Source of the DNA: Cyanidioschyzon merolae | Taxonomy: Eukaryota | Direction: 5' to 3' (one strand) | Length of the DNA: 64,000 nucleotides | Assembly: GCA_000091205.1 (NCBI GenBank) | Contig: AP006494.2 | In this document: one piece after another, positions 44,261 through 55,647 of the stretch | Numbering within the stretch: position 1 is the stretch's first letter | How the letters are laid out: each line of letters begins with the position of its first letter | Translations under genes and position numbers: made by a program | The notes under the pieces: generated by a model | The model's database searches: none | The model's input: the letters and a program-made list of their open reading frames with translations, nothing else | Told to the model about the DNA's origin: nothing

Positions 44261-46543
44261 CACGGGGAGGTATCGTGTTCAGGAGCACCTCGACGAGCGC
44301 GAGATTCCTGTCTAAACGTGAACGCGAGTATTTTTGGACACGAGGATGTTTGCAGGAAAACTTGATTCCTATGGTTGCAGGACCTATATCCAGCTTCAGG
44401 GAATCGTACCTTGTCCTTCCTTAAAAGTCATGGTGTCTGAGGCGCTCGCGTATGTCTCAGGAAGCAGTTCGAATACGCGGAGAGTGCCCTGTTGCCTAAC
44501 CCAGAAACCCGGGACGCTGCCTTTACCGGTCATTGAGTGCCAGTGAGCGCTGCCTTGAATGCGAGATGACGCTAGCCACGGGGCCGTGCGAGTCGATGCG
44601 AACTTGCCGAAGCGTCGCTTCTGATATGCGACTTGCGCCAAATGCCGCTGGTACTGCATTCGACAGCCGGTCTTTCGTGGTACCGTGAATGCAATCCGGT
44701 TCACAGATGCTAATCGCCGACGTAAACAAATAGAGTTATCAGCCGGAAGCTCTTGTTTCCAATGCGCAGAATAGGATGTGGGCATTGCGTCCCCGATAAC
44801 ATGCGTGAGCGATGCGATTGGTGATCGATCCTGTACGGGAACCTCCCTGGAGAAGACACATCGCTCCATTCGGGATCGGTCCAGCGCGTCAGGTGCACGC
44901 TTCGCGCTTGAAACAGGAGCTGCAGTGTTCTGGTCGCTCCGCTGCAGACAGACGAGCGCACGCTGGCAAGCACCCTGGGGAACGCGCACCGCCGCCCCGA
45001 CGCCATGCCAGCGATGCAACCGGCATCCGAACTTGTCTGCGGTTTACCGGACAAGGACAGGCAAGCGATTGCTAGTGCGTCACTGCTGGAGTATCTGGCG
45101 TCTATGTTCATGGTGTGCTTGCCGCGTTATTCCTCGAGCTCTCCCTGCATCTACGTCGAGATGCTGCCCGTGTCTGTTGAGAGCGAGCGATCTGCGGTCG
45201 ATTGCCTTCCTCTCTGATTCTAAGGGATCAGTGATTGTATCCGGAGGTCGCTCAGCGCACGACTTCGACCCATGTACGGGGAAGCAGTCTTCGCTCAGTT
45301 CGAGAGTCGCTATGTTTCTGGAAATGTGGGCGAGACTTGCCTGCGGGGTCATGGTTCGTTCGAGTGACATTCCTTGCAGTATTGTGGTAGAGACCGAACG
45401 CCTTTGCCGTTTCCTCACATGCCTCAGCATAAGGGCTGAATAGAGACCGTCCCGCTGGTCTCCGAACCGCACCCAAGGGACCGGTGTGCTGCATGACCAG
45501 CCAACCCGCTGACACGTGCCTTGCTACGACGTAGAATCCGTACATCTGGGCAAAAAATCCTGAATGCAAAGTAGCAGTTCTGACTCCCTGCTCAGGTACG
45601 GATGAAGCGAATCAGCAGCGCGCAGTCAGGATGCCAGCGGCTCCAAGGCACTATGGTGAGAACGCCCGTGCGTCCGGAACAACCACGGGGTGTGCTCGCC
45701 CAAAGCGCTCCAGCCTCAGGGAATCAGCGGCGAGGAACAAACTCTCTCTCTCTCTCCGATGCGACTGCTTCCAAAAGACCGCGAACATTCGCAATACAAA
45801 CACACCAGAAACGAACCTGACAAGTGCTCACCCAGTAGAACACGAGCCGGGAGCGCAACGATGCCAGCGCTCGCTCCATGCGCTGCGTTTCTGGCGCTCT
45901 CCCAACAGTGCCTGGCTCCCGGAATCCTCGTTCGAGGTGCCACAGATGCGGCTCTATCCATGCCCCTTGTCCCGTGTTGGAGCGATCTCTGGTCAGCGTC
46001 AGGAGCTCAGAATGCCCCTGGTATGCCACTCTGATCTCATTCATCGACATGAATCATCATTCATGGCATTGCTGCATGGAACTGCAGGCGTATCGAGGCC
46101 CGTCACCCTGCAGCCGCTGCAAGGCCGATTCATGAGCTGTCACGTCCTCGAGCCGACGCCCTCTGTGCTACAGAGAAAAGCCGTTCTGTCACCGTGATGC
46201 ATCCGTACCAACGGTATAAGCGCTTTTGCGGATGATTAGGGCAGGCACTCGGCACACGATAGAACGTATGAAACGACCAGAATACCCGAGAAGAAGTATA
46301 GGCAATGGAACTTGGAAGCACGGGTTTTGACAGATACTTTACCGCACCCTGAAAAACAGACAAACAAACAAAGAGAAAGAAGAGAAAAAACGCACAATCC
46401 AAGAGCGCCGGCCTTCGGAAAAATTGCGTCAAATTGGATAAAAACCAGCTGGCACCAGCGAGCGCGCATCTCATGTTGCCGCGCACTGACCTGCCCTGGA
46501 GCAACGCCCTGGGCAAGCGACAGAGCGTACGCTGCACCTTGAC

Positions 46544-47623
46544 ATGGCTCGGGGCGACGACCACGCCACTCAGCCGTGGGTAGAAAAGTATCGACCAAGG
46601 CGACTGGACGACGTTACACAGCAGCACGAGACCATTCGCGCTTTGAAGCAACTTCTGTATGGATCCGGAGGCTCCAGCTTGACGGAAAAAGTCGCCAGTC
46701 TGCCGCACCTGCTCTTCTATGGACCGCCTGGAACCGGTAAGACCACCACCGCGCTTGCGCTGTGTCGCGAGCTCTTCCAAAACATCACGAATAGGGAAAC
46801 ACTGCAAAATCGCGTTCTAGAACTCAACGCGAGCGATGAGCGCGGTATTCGCGTTGTGCGGGAGAAAATCAAGCGCTTCGCGCAGTCATCCATCGAGGAG
46901 AGCGTCGACGCACAGGTGCCTGGGTTCAAAATCGTTATTCTGGATGAAGCGGATGCTATTACCGCAGACGCCCAGACAGCTCTTCGTCGCACTATTGAAG
47001 TGCACTCGCGGACGACGCGTTTCGTATTGATCTGCAACTATCTGAGTCGCGTGATACCGCCGCTCGCGAGCCGTTGTGCCAAGTTTCGTTTCAAAGCACT
47101 CGAGGATGGTGCAGTGATAGCACGATTAGAGCACATTGCTAGGACCGAGGGCATGGGGCCGCTACCCCCGGAGGCATCGCGTCTCCTGGCCAAGGCTGCA
47201 GCCGGAGACCTCCGGCGCGCCGTGAACCTGCTCCAGAGCTGCGCCGACTGGGCACGCAGTGCAGACGGCTCCCAGCGCGTTCTTGAACCGGAAATGGTAA
47301 GCGAGGCCGCTTGTATGGTCCCTGCTTCTGTAGTAGAACGATTCTACGATATTTGCGTCTCCCGAAACGAGCCAGTAACGGCGTGCTTTGAAGTCTTGCG
47401 CGGCGGATACCCAGTCGATGAATTGCTTCGTCAAACCCTAGAGCTTTTACTGCTGGACAGTGGTACTCCTCCCGCTCAAGTTCAGATGAACGATTTACAG
47501 CGCTCTGCTATCGCCTTGCACATGGCATGCGCTGAGAAGTATCTCTGCGATGGTGCGACTGAGGCTGTCCAGCTACTGGCATTCGTTGCCAACTGCCGAA
47601 GCGTCTTGCAAGCATCTTCGTGA
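46544..47623 (+). CDS. Replication factor C small subunit (RFC2-5 family, closest to RFC4/RFC5 type)
   Basis: QPWVEKYRP box. Walker [18 protein letters not shown]-like ILDEAD. SRC motif SRCAKFRF. Overall length is 359 aa. Confidence 0.85.
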   Translation: MARGDDHATQPWVEKYRPRRLDDVTQQHETIRALKQLLYGSGGSSLTEKVASLPHLLFYGPPGTGKTTTALALCRELFQNITNRETLQNRVLELNASDERGIRVVREKIKRFAQSSIEESVDAQVPGFKIVILDEADAITADAQTALRRTIEVHSRTTRFVLICNYLSRVIPPLASRCAKFRFKALEDGAVIARLEHIARTEGMGPLPPEASRLLAKAAAGDLRRAVNLLQSCADWARSADGSQRVLEPEMVSEAACMVPASVVERFYDICVSRNEPVTACFEVLRGGYPVDELLRQTLELLLLDSGTPPAQVQMNDLQRSAIALHMACAEKYLCDGATEAVQLLAFVANCRSVLQASS

Positions 47624-48275
47624 GCGTGTCGCTTCGACACTCCTCCGCGCATGCGCCATGGAATCTCGCGGGGGTCTCCACATTTCGGACATGTTGTTGT
47701 GGCGTCGGTTAGCGATTCCAGAGCAAGAATCCGTTCCGCGCGACAACTTGCAACAGGGTCTTGCCCACAGCGCGGCTTCGCGTGCGCTCCATTTCAGGAA
47801 CACGGCCTGCAGACCATTGACCTGGAGCACAGCGCTTACACATGGCCATAACATGGGAGGGTAGCGTATCTGACACGACAATAGCGATCTCGACACAGCG
47901 CCAGCATACGAGTTCTCGCTGAACATGCTGCGATGAATCTTTGAACTGCTATGACATCCTTGCAGCAATGCTTGCATCAGTCTCGCCTGCAGCGTGCTCC
48001 ACCGGTCCACGCAATTGTCTCGTGTAGCGTGCCACTTTGTTGCGTAGATATCGCAGCGCCATGCAGCGTGGTATGCAAGCCAGCTGTCGCCGTGCCCGAA
48101 ACCTGTCTCAGCTCCAGCCTGTACCAGACAGGGATTACGTCATCGCCATCGGACTGCCTCAATGGCCAGTGCTGCAGCAACCGCTACCGCTGCATACAGA
48201 GCATCAGTTAGCCACAGCAGCTGCTGCGGCATATCGTGTGCTTTTCAGCGGACTATGTTCATGTGTTTGCCGCTT

Positions 48276-49064
48276 TCAAGGCTTACGTCGCGGGCGCTCA
48301 GTGTGCGCATCGTCTTTCGTGCTGTCCAGATCGTCGAGGCGTTCCCGGCTGCGTGCCCGCCAGAAAGCATCGATCGTGTTCAGCAAGTTTCTTTGAGCCT
48401 CGTCCCAGCCGAGGAGGGAACCCCTGCGGCCCGCGTCCCACGAGGCACTCATGATTCCATAGGTTAAACCGAATAGCGATACTCCGAAGAGGCCCAGGGT
48501 CGCGTACCCAACCACAGGTGGAATCACGACAACATCGTAACGGTACTTGAGAAAGAAAAAGACTCCGAAAGCGCTCAATCCGAGTAAGAAGGGAACACCC
48601 GCAAACACCACCATTCTGCGCTGCATTCGCTCTGCAACAACCAGAGGCAGCGCTGAGCTTGTGTGCTCCAGTGCCTCCGGCGGGCTGGTCCATTGCGGTG
48701 CGCCGTCCGCCTCGGTACCGTCCTTCACACGCCCGGCAGGTGCCGACCGCCTGCGTGCCTTCGTCTTCGGCTTCTTTTGCATGTATAGTCTCCGTATAGC
48801 GAAATGACAGTGCGTCCCGTTCTGTCGGTTGCGACGCCGTGCCCCGAGTGCACGCGTGTCAAGCGGCTGCACCCTGGCGCGCGTCACTCCGTCACCGGAG
48901 CACTGCACCCACCGCGACAAAAGTTGCGCTTGCAAGACGAAGGCCGACCCAACGCGCTCACGTGCTTCCCGAAGAAGCATGCTTTTGACGTGACGCTTAT
49001 GCTCTGACATTGCCCAAACGTCGCACCAGTGCACTAGCAGCGTTCGTAGGCTACCGTCCACCAA
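48276..49064 (-). CDS. Small two-transmembrane protein, possibly DUF3464/PAM68-like (tentative)
   Basis: Basic N-terminal region, then two hydrophobic helices (MVVFAGVPFLLGLSAFGVFFFL and VGYATLGLFGVSLFGLTYGIMSASW), then GSLLGWDEAQRN. The likely real start is the internal Met at 48782 (MQKKPKTKARRR). The family assignment is from memory only. Confidence 0.4.
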   Translation of the reverse strand: MVDGSLRTLLVHWCDVWAMSEHKRHVKSMLLREARERVGSAFVLQAQLLSRWVQCSGDGVTRARVQPLDTRALGARRRNRQNGTHCHFAIRRLYMQKKPKTKARRRSAPAGRVKDGTEADGAPQWTSPPEALEHTSSALPLVVAERMQRRMVVFAGVPFLLGLSAFGVFFFLKYRYDVVVIPPVVGYATLGLFGVSLFGLTYGIMSASWDAGRRGSLLGWDEAQRNLLNTIDAFWRARSRERLDDLDSTKDDAHTERPRRKP

Positions 49065-49399
49065 CCGTTACCCTGGGTATCTACGCGGATCAGGGGCGCA
49101 CGCGATGAGAGACGCCTGAAACGAGTTTCCATGCTTGTTCCACATTGATCCATATATGTTTCAAAACATGTCGTAAATAGCATTTTATACCGTTTATGTC
49201 TATTTAGATCCAGTTTCGATCACGCGTAGCTTCTGCGTCCCAGGGGACGGCGCAGTGCGCGCTCGACGACCGTCCGCTTTGACTGGGCACTAGTCTGACG
49301 ACGTTTGACCTCTGCAACGACGTCCGCCAGGGTACGGTCGGGGAGTTTCAGCACCTCGACCTCTTCGCTTGTGTTTGCGTAGCGTGTGCAGACCGCAGA

Positions 49400-49957
49400 A
49401 TGAGTGGTGGTGGTGGTGGCGGTGGCGGCGGCGATGCGCCAGATGCTATCGCGGTCGGCAACGAGGCGGCCACCGTGAACCGGGAACGCCTGCTGCGTCT
49501 GCAGCGGCTCTCCGAGCAAGTGCGCATGGGCGGTAAGGGCAGCATGCGAAGGAAAAAGAAGGCAACAGGTGTTCGGCCGGGAGCGACCGACGATAAAAAG
49601 CTACAAGCAGTGATCAAAAGACTGGCGCTTTCACAGATACCCCAGATCGACGAGATCAACATGTTCAAGGATGACGGCACCGTGCTGACGTTTGCTCTCC
49701 CGAAACTGCAGGCAAACATCTCAGCGAACACGTATGTGTTGAGTGGATCAGCACCGCAGCAGCGCCGTCTGGAGGAACTCCTGGATGACGTTGGGGTCTT
49801 ATCACAACTGGGACCGGAGAACCTCGCGCATATTCAGCAGCTGATGCAGCAGCTATCTACGCAAGAGAAACAGAGCGATGATGTACCTCAAGTGCCGGAT
49901 GCGGACTTTGAGGCAGTTGCGACGCAGGCAGCGGACACTACCGCATCCTCGGCTTGA
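49400..49957 (+). CDS. BTF3: Nascent polypeptide-associated complex beta subunit (BTF3-like)
   Basis: NRERLLRLQRLSEQVRMGGKGSMRRKKK...DDKKLQAVIKRLALSQIPQIDEINMFKDDGTVLTFALPKLQANISANTYVLSG matches the NAC domain of BTF3/Egd1. The N-terminus carries a Gly9 run encoded by (GGT/GGC)n. Confidence 0.85.
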   Translation: MSGGGGGGGGGDAPDAIAVGNEAATVNRERLLRLQRLSEQVRMGGKGSMRRKKKATGVRPGATDDKKLQAVIKRLALSQIPQIDEINMFKDDGTVLTFALPKLQANISANTYVLSGSAPQQRRLEELLDDVGVLSQLGPENLAHIQQLMQQLSTQEKQSDDVPQVPDADFEAVATQAADTTASSA

Positions 49958-51679
49958 GAACGGGTGCCATTGCGGTTTGCAGCTGCCTCGCGCACGTCCT
50001 CGAGGCCTCCTGTGGTGGCGGAACCGCTCCAGTTCATTGTCAGCGTTGTTTCAGCGGGGGCCCCATGTACGAGTCTTTGTGCTGTATATGCTGTGCATCG
50101 ACCAGAGTGATGTCAGTGCGCAGCAGTTTCAGGGGACGGCGAGGAGGTTTTGCAGTGGTAGGGCGGCGGCGGCGGCGGCGGCGGCGGCTGTCGACCTGCG
50201 CCACAGGCGTCGTGTTTTTCCCGTCATCGACAGGGGATTTATGGCGACCAGGGACCTTCGATAGCGCGCTTGATGTCAGCGACTGGGAAAGCGTCTACGC
50301 TTCCATGCCCGAGGCCTGCAATTTCCGTGACCCATCGTTGTCCATGCAGATGCTGGACAGTTCGCATGTGCCAGCGGGCGTCGAGCCTAGCCCGGGCGTT
50401 TGCAATTGCGCATCAAGTGCCTGTGTGCCGATGCAGTTCATAGACAGAACAACTTTGCGATACCACTGAGGGCGTCGGCTCGCACGGCACTGTTCATCTG
50501 ACTCGTCGTCAGTTTATGCTCCGACAGTCTCTGTGCGTACCGAGACTTGCCGGCGCGGCACGACGCGTTGGAGAAGCGCACAGTGGTTCGCGAATCCTGG
50601 ACACTGGGTCTGTCCTCCGCTATGATGTATGGAAGACGTCGCCTGTTCATGACGCGGGTCGCTGTTCGGCACCTATCCCTGAGGCGCAGCACGAACTACT
50701 GGGCCCGCGTGCTCATCCGCTCCACGAGATGCACCATGGGCATCTGCTTTGCAGTGTCGTTCGTGCCAGATGTATCTTAGCGCGCCCTGGGTGCAGCCAA
50801 ATGCTCCAGGAAGCCTGATACAGCTTCACGCATGCAAATAGCAAGAATGCGTATGGTTTCCGGCCCCGTGTATGCCTAAACTCGATCGCTTGATTCATCG
50901 CGCGTTGCAGTTTCTCCGCACCGATCACACAACGCCCGATGATGGTGACGTGCTCGTATCCCATCGGTTCCAAGAGGCTTCGGGTTCCGTCTCTGGATGT
51001 TGCGTTGGTTCCTTCAAACGCCCGACAAACCGTTGCTCGACACGATACGGCACCACGCTCGTAACGCTGCGCACCACCGAGACGTCACACTTGAAGCGAC
51101 ACCGCACGCGGCGGCTGTTCGACAGGGACACGCTGGCGAGCGAAAGCCGGTATCAGTGCGAGATGCCGCACTGGACGGTCGTTGTTCCTGACGACGCACC
51201 ACAGCGGATAGGAAGCAACGTCCACACGAGCGCCCTGCGCGGTGGTACACCCCTAAAGCGATGCTTGCTCAGAATGAAGATCCAGGTGGAGCACCACCGA
51301 CGCTATCCTGTCAGTGTTGCTTGCTGCAATGCCGAGGCAGACGCGTGTACGCTGCGTTCCCCGCAGCGTTCGCGGTATACGGCCCAGGTTTAGATCCGAA
51401 TTCGCGAATTCCCTCTACCACAAGGACGAAGTGATTGTATCCGAGCGTTCACTGAACACCAAGCACCAGTGTAGATGCACCAGTCACCGCATTGTTGGTC
51501 GCGATCAGCGGGATGCATCCGATGCGCCCAAATGGAGCGGATCATGTGTGCATCCAGGAATGCCGCCGACCCGCACTTGTTAGTCACCTGGAGCAGTACA
51601 TTGTGTTTTTACCAGTTTGGGTATTCTCGGTGCAGGCCAGTGTTGATGCCGGTAAGCGTTCGCGATTTTTTGCAAAGCA

Positions 51680-53506
51680 TCAAACCATGACACGAATCTC
51701 GATATCATCGTACGGTGCGGCCTGCTGAACAACGATGCGCTGTTGTGTGGCGAGCACGAGGAGTTCCAGCATAGAGCGGGCAATCACGCGGCGAGATGCA
51801 GCTTCAGCATGCCAGAGTTTCTGGATGCTGAGGGCTTCATTTTGTGGTTGCTCGCGACATTTGGCCACCAAATAGTCCAGCAATCGCTCGGTACGATGCG
51901 TCACTATCGACGGTGAAGCTGCGGCAGAAGAATGAGCACCCGGTGTCGACCAGCTGGACAGCAGCTTCGCGGGCGAGGCCATGGCTCGCTCCAGGCGCAG
52001 CGGGCCAACCTCGGCCGCGTCGCCCGGCACGGGAGATGCACCTGCTGACAAAGCCGATAGTCGCGAGATCTCCGTAGTCGGTAGTCCAAACGAAAAGTTA
52101 CTGTCGTCGAGCGTTCCCAGGACAGGGCTTGCGGCTGCTGGCTCCAACGCCGAGGAACGCTGCTCCTCATGTGCATGTGCGAGGGTCGCTGTATCGTTAC
52201 CATCCCTAGGTTCCGCGGTTGCAGCTTGCGATAGATCGGTCCAATATTTCTGGATATGGCTGTGAACCTGTGCACCCTGGCTGGGTACGATTCGTTGCAG
52301 CAGGTCTGTGAGTTTGGAAATGCCATCCAGCTCTGTAGCGGAATCGTCGATGATCGGACGACGGAGGGTATCGGTTGTATCGGCGAGCGCTCGCCGAATC
52401 ACAGCAGTCGCAAGTTCCAGCTGCGAATCCACATGATACTGGGGAGCCAGCGGCCGGCGGCCTGTCGACTTGCGCCGCTTCTGCCGATGCAGCGTGCTCG
52501 TGTTCATGATGCTACCCGTTTCGTCCAAAAACTTCGAGGAGGGCTCTGCGGAATCACGACGTAGCGAAGACGTCGGCACTGCAGTCTCCGCCGCCAAGCT
52601 CCAGTCAAGGGCTGCTGCCGCGTACGTTGCGCCTTCCGGTTGGACGGTCGGAAGTGACAGGTCAAGCGGCGGCGGCTCGGGCAGCGTTAACGGTACCGAG
52701 CGGAATTGTTCCGGTGTCAAGGCTTGATCCTCCGTGGAGGATTTGGGGTATCCTCCGATACCGGCTGCGGGTGGCGAACCCGCGACAGGCGTCGGCGCGC
52801 GCAAGTGTTCGGCCTCTTCATCGCGTCGGACAACTTCTACAGGCCGAGCGCTTGACTGGAACGATTCGTTTCCGAATAGCGGATCGATGGTGATCTGTTG
52901 CGCATCAACGTGAAACGGCGACGGGTTGAGGTCAGCTCCCGCCTCGCTCGCAAACGGCTGTCCAGCAAATGCATCGTTTGCGAGCGTCCCTGCCGAAGCC
53001 GGATAACCGAAACCAAGCAAGCCGTTCCAGTAGTCGCCCAGTAACAGGAGTGCTGAAGCGCTATGCTGTTCACCGGCATCAGCGGAAGCAACCGTGCGAG
53101 TCGCCTCAGCGGCACCGACCACGTGCTCTGAGAAAGTGATGCTTCCGTACGCTGCCGTGGCCGAAGCGCTCGTCAGCGCGGCGCCTACGCCCTGTGAACC
53201 CGACACAGTGCCACCGGCAACGCGGCCGTCTGTCATCTGATAGGTCAGCTGAAGCTTCGTCAACGCATCCGATGCCTCCTCGAGCACGTACCCCGTCTGC
53301 TTCTGGTGGATACGGCTCACACCGAGAAGCAAACATGCACTGAGCCGCAACGCCATAGGGATTTCTGGGGCCGCTATCTGCTGACACGCGTTCACAATGT
53401 CCGTCGTGAAGACCTGAGCCTTTGTGAGTTTGCTTTGAAACGTTGCCGCAAGCCATATTTTCGCGAGGGGCCCTTTACGAGTCAGCACTTGTTGCGCGTA
53501 GAACAT
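51680..53506 (-). CDS. RAD21: Cohesin kleisin subunit Rad21/Scc1 (or Rec8) homologue
   Basis: N-terminus MFYAQQVLTRKGPLAKIWLAATFQSKLTKAQVFTTDIVNACQQIAAPEIPMALRLSACLLLGVSRIH matches the Rad21/Rec8 N-domain. The C-terminus ...SRRVIARSMLELLVLATQQRIVVQQAAPYDDIEI matches the Rad21 C-terminal winged helix. Confidence 0.85.
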   Translation of the reverse strand: MFYAQQVLTRKGPLAKIWLAATFQSKLTKAQVFTTDIVNACQQIAAPEIPMALRLSACLLLGVSRIHQKQTGYVLEEASDALTKLQLTYQMTDGRVAGGTVSGSQGVGAALTSASATAAYGSITFSEHVVGAAEATRTVASADAGEQHSASALLLLGDYWNGLLGFGYPASAGTLANDAFAGQPFASEAGADLNPSPFHVDAQQITIDPLFGNESFQSSARPVEVVRRDEEAEHLRAPTPVAGSPPAAGIGGYPKSSTEDQALTPEQFRSVPLTLPEPPPLDLSLPTVQPEGATYAAAALDWSLAAETAVPTSSLRRDSAEPSSKFLDETGSIMNTSTLHRQKRRKSTGRRPLAPQYHVDSQLELATAVIRRALADTTDTLRRPIIDDSATELDGISKLTDLLQRIVPSQGAQVHSHIQKYWTDLSQAATAEPRDGNDTATLAHAHEEQRSSALEPAAASPVLGTLDDSNFSFGLPTTEISRLSALSAGASPVPGDAAEVGPLRLERAMASPAKLLSSWSTPGAHSSAAASPSIVTHRTERLLDYLVAKCREQPQNEALSIQKLWHAEAASRRVIARSMLELLVLATQQRIVVQQAAPYDDIEIRVMV

Positions 53507-53703
53507 CGCGATTACACCTCCGGTGAACGGACCACTTCAGCCAATTACGACAACTGGTTCGGCGTTGCCAGAGCCCGGGGTGCGCCTCGCGGGAGCAGCC
53601 TAGCGAAGAGACGTCCTGTGCAGTAAGCGTCTCGTTGGGTAAAGCGCGTTGGGTGATTTGGCTTTTCGCCAGCGCAGGGCGCTGCCACGCAACACGTTTT
53701 GGC

Positions 53704-53803
53704 GCGCTCGATCGCCCGATGGCTTCGTGACGCATCGCGCGTTTCGCTTCGCGTGACGCGCTCGATCGCCCTATGGTTTCGTGACGCATCGCGCGTGACG
53801 CGA
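53704..53803. repeat. Imperfect tandem duplication (units of 54 bp and 46 bp) in the Rad21/FANCM divergent intergenic region
   Basis: The units are gcgctcgatcgccc[g/t]atgg[c/t]ttcgtgacgcatcgcgcg(tttcgcttcgcg)tgacgc..., seen as duplicated peptides in shadow ORF 53475..53789. Confidence 0.7.
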
Positions 53804-55647
53804 TCTAGCGGCGCTGGTGGCGTTTGCCCTGGCATTCGGCCGATCGCTGTGCTCTGCTGTGCTGGGTGTTCGTTGCCATTATAGCTGTCAGAGGCGTTCG
53901 CTTCACTGGATGCTGGGCGAATGCATCGACGTGGTCGAGTGTTGATCAATGTTTCGAATTCACATGCCAAAGCGGAATCGTCATCGGGTCGTTGGTGGTC
54001 TGCAAAGAATCGGGCAGTCCGCCGTATCGCATCGGGGGATCCTGACTACGACGAACAGACGCGTTCGCGGTACGCTGGTGTCTTGACGCTCCTCGTGAGA
54101 AGCCTAGGGCGGTTCAGTGCATCTATCTAGGTTACATGAGCAGAAAGACTCCCGGAAAAAGTGACAATTGATTAGCGAATGTAGCAGCGGAGACCGGTGC
54201 CCCTGCCCGTGATCATCAGGTCTGTACGGCAGTGTTGGCAGGGAATCTCGACGTATTGGATACACAAAGATGGAAACACCGGTCTCACAGGATCCTTCGT
54301 TCCCGTTGCAGGTATTTGGTATCCTTTGCGGCGTACGGGCTAAACGAAGAAACAAGTGCGCTTTCCATGCCGCTGTGAGCGCCTCGTTGGATGCCACGTC
54401 GCCGTACCTACACGCCGTGGTACGCCCGCAGCCGCCATGCGCCTCGATCATGCACCGCAATGCAGTGCTGCGCCGAGGCGCTCGCCTCGAGTGCCTCGAA
54501 CGCATCCATGCCATCATGAATGCGACGGATCCTACGCGCATCCAGTCCGGTTGCTTCTGGGGTTTGGCATGGAGCATCCGACCAGTCGTATCTGAAACGC
54601 AACCCTCAACGATATCCAGGGGATCGGTCTCATCTCGACTGCGACTCTACGAGAGACTCGGTGCATCTTGGTTCTAGACGGTCTCCAAACGATGCATCCA
54701 AGCGAACCGCTGGGACCTGCAAACGTCGGCGGTATCCAGGATGCCATGCCGTACACTGAGCCAATGATCAGCGATAGGTGCCTACTGCATCCGCCTCCCG
54801 GTTGCAGCAGCGAGGCAGGCCTCCAGCGACTCCGCCTCTGCCCAGAAGCGGAAGCGAAAGGCGCCCTGACAGCGATTGCGTTTTGGCGCCTCGATCGATT
54901 GCATGATGGTGCTTCACAGTACATTTATGGAACATTAGGTATTAAAATGGTCATAAATATACAAGCGTCTTGCGCATCGAACTCCAAAGCAGGTGTTTGG
55001 CGACGCACCCAGGTGGCTCCAGCGTTGCTTGTGCATAGCGGCTCAGCGGGAACGCTTGCACGGAAAGCCCTCTAATAAACCAGTCTTTTCGCATACTTTG
55101 GTGGAAAGCTTCGGTCGTCCTGAATATCAAGTGCGAGACTGGCTGCCAAAAGAGTCTAGAACTTGGACGAACAGGTTTTTCGCTGAACTGCAGTTCGCCC
55201 TGTACGTGCCGGTGGGAGCGCGCGGGCCTCCCCTGTGCCTGCACGACTGCGGAGGCGCACCTGCCGCTGGTATTGCGGCACTGACTTGGAACTGCGTCCG
55301 TGCGGAGTGCACGTACACTCGGCGGAAGTGAGAAGTGTTCGTGTTATTGCCGGTGCTGGTGCTATTGCTGCAACGCGCTCGCACAGTGTGGTGACAAGCG
55401 GCACAGCGTCGACGAGCGCTGCCGCTCCTCAACGAGAACACGCCACGCAGAAAACGCTCACCGCGGATCGCTATCTACGTGAGCGCGTGTTCCTGAAGCT
55501 TATCCGCGCGCCGGGTTCACGCGCTCGCTGACAAATCGGCAACCAGGTTTTGTCCTGGAAGCAGTAGGTCCCACGCGAGCGTGCTGTCGCTACCGCGCTT
55601 AGCACAAACCTTTCCAAGACGGGGTTTACGCGACTTGGGCCCGAACA

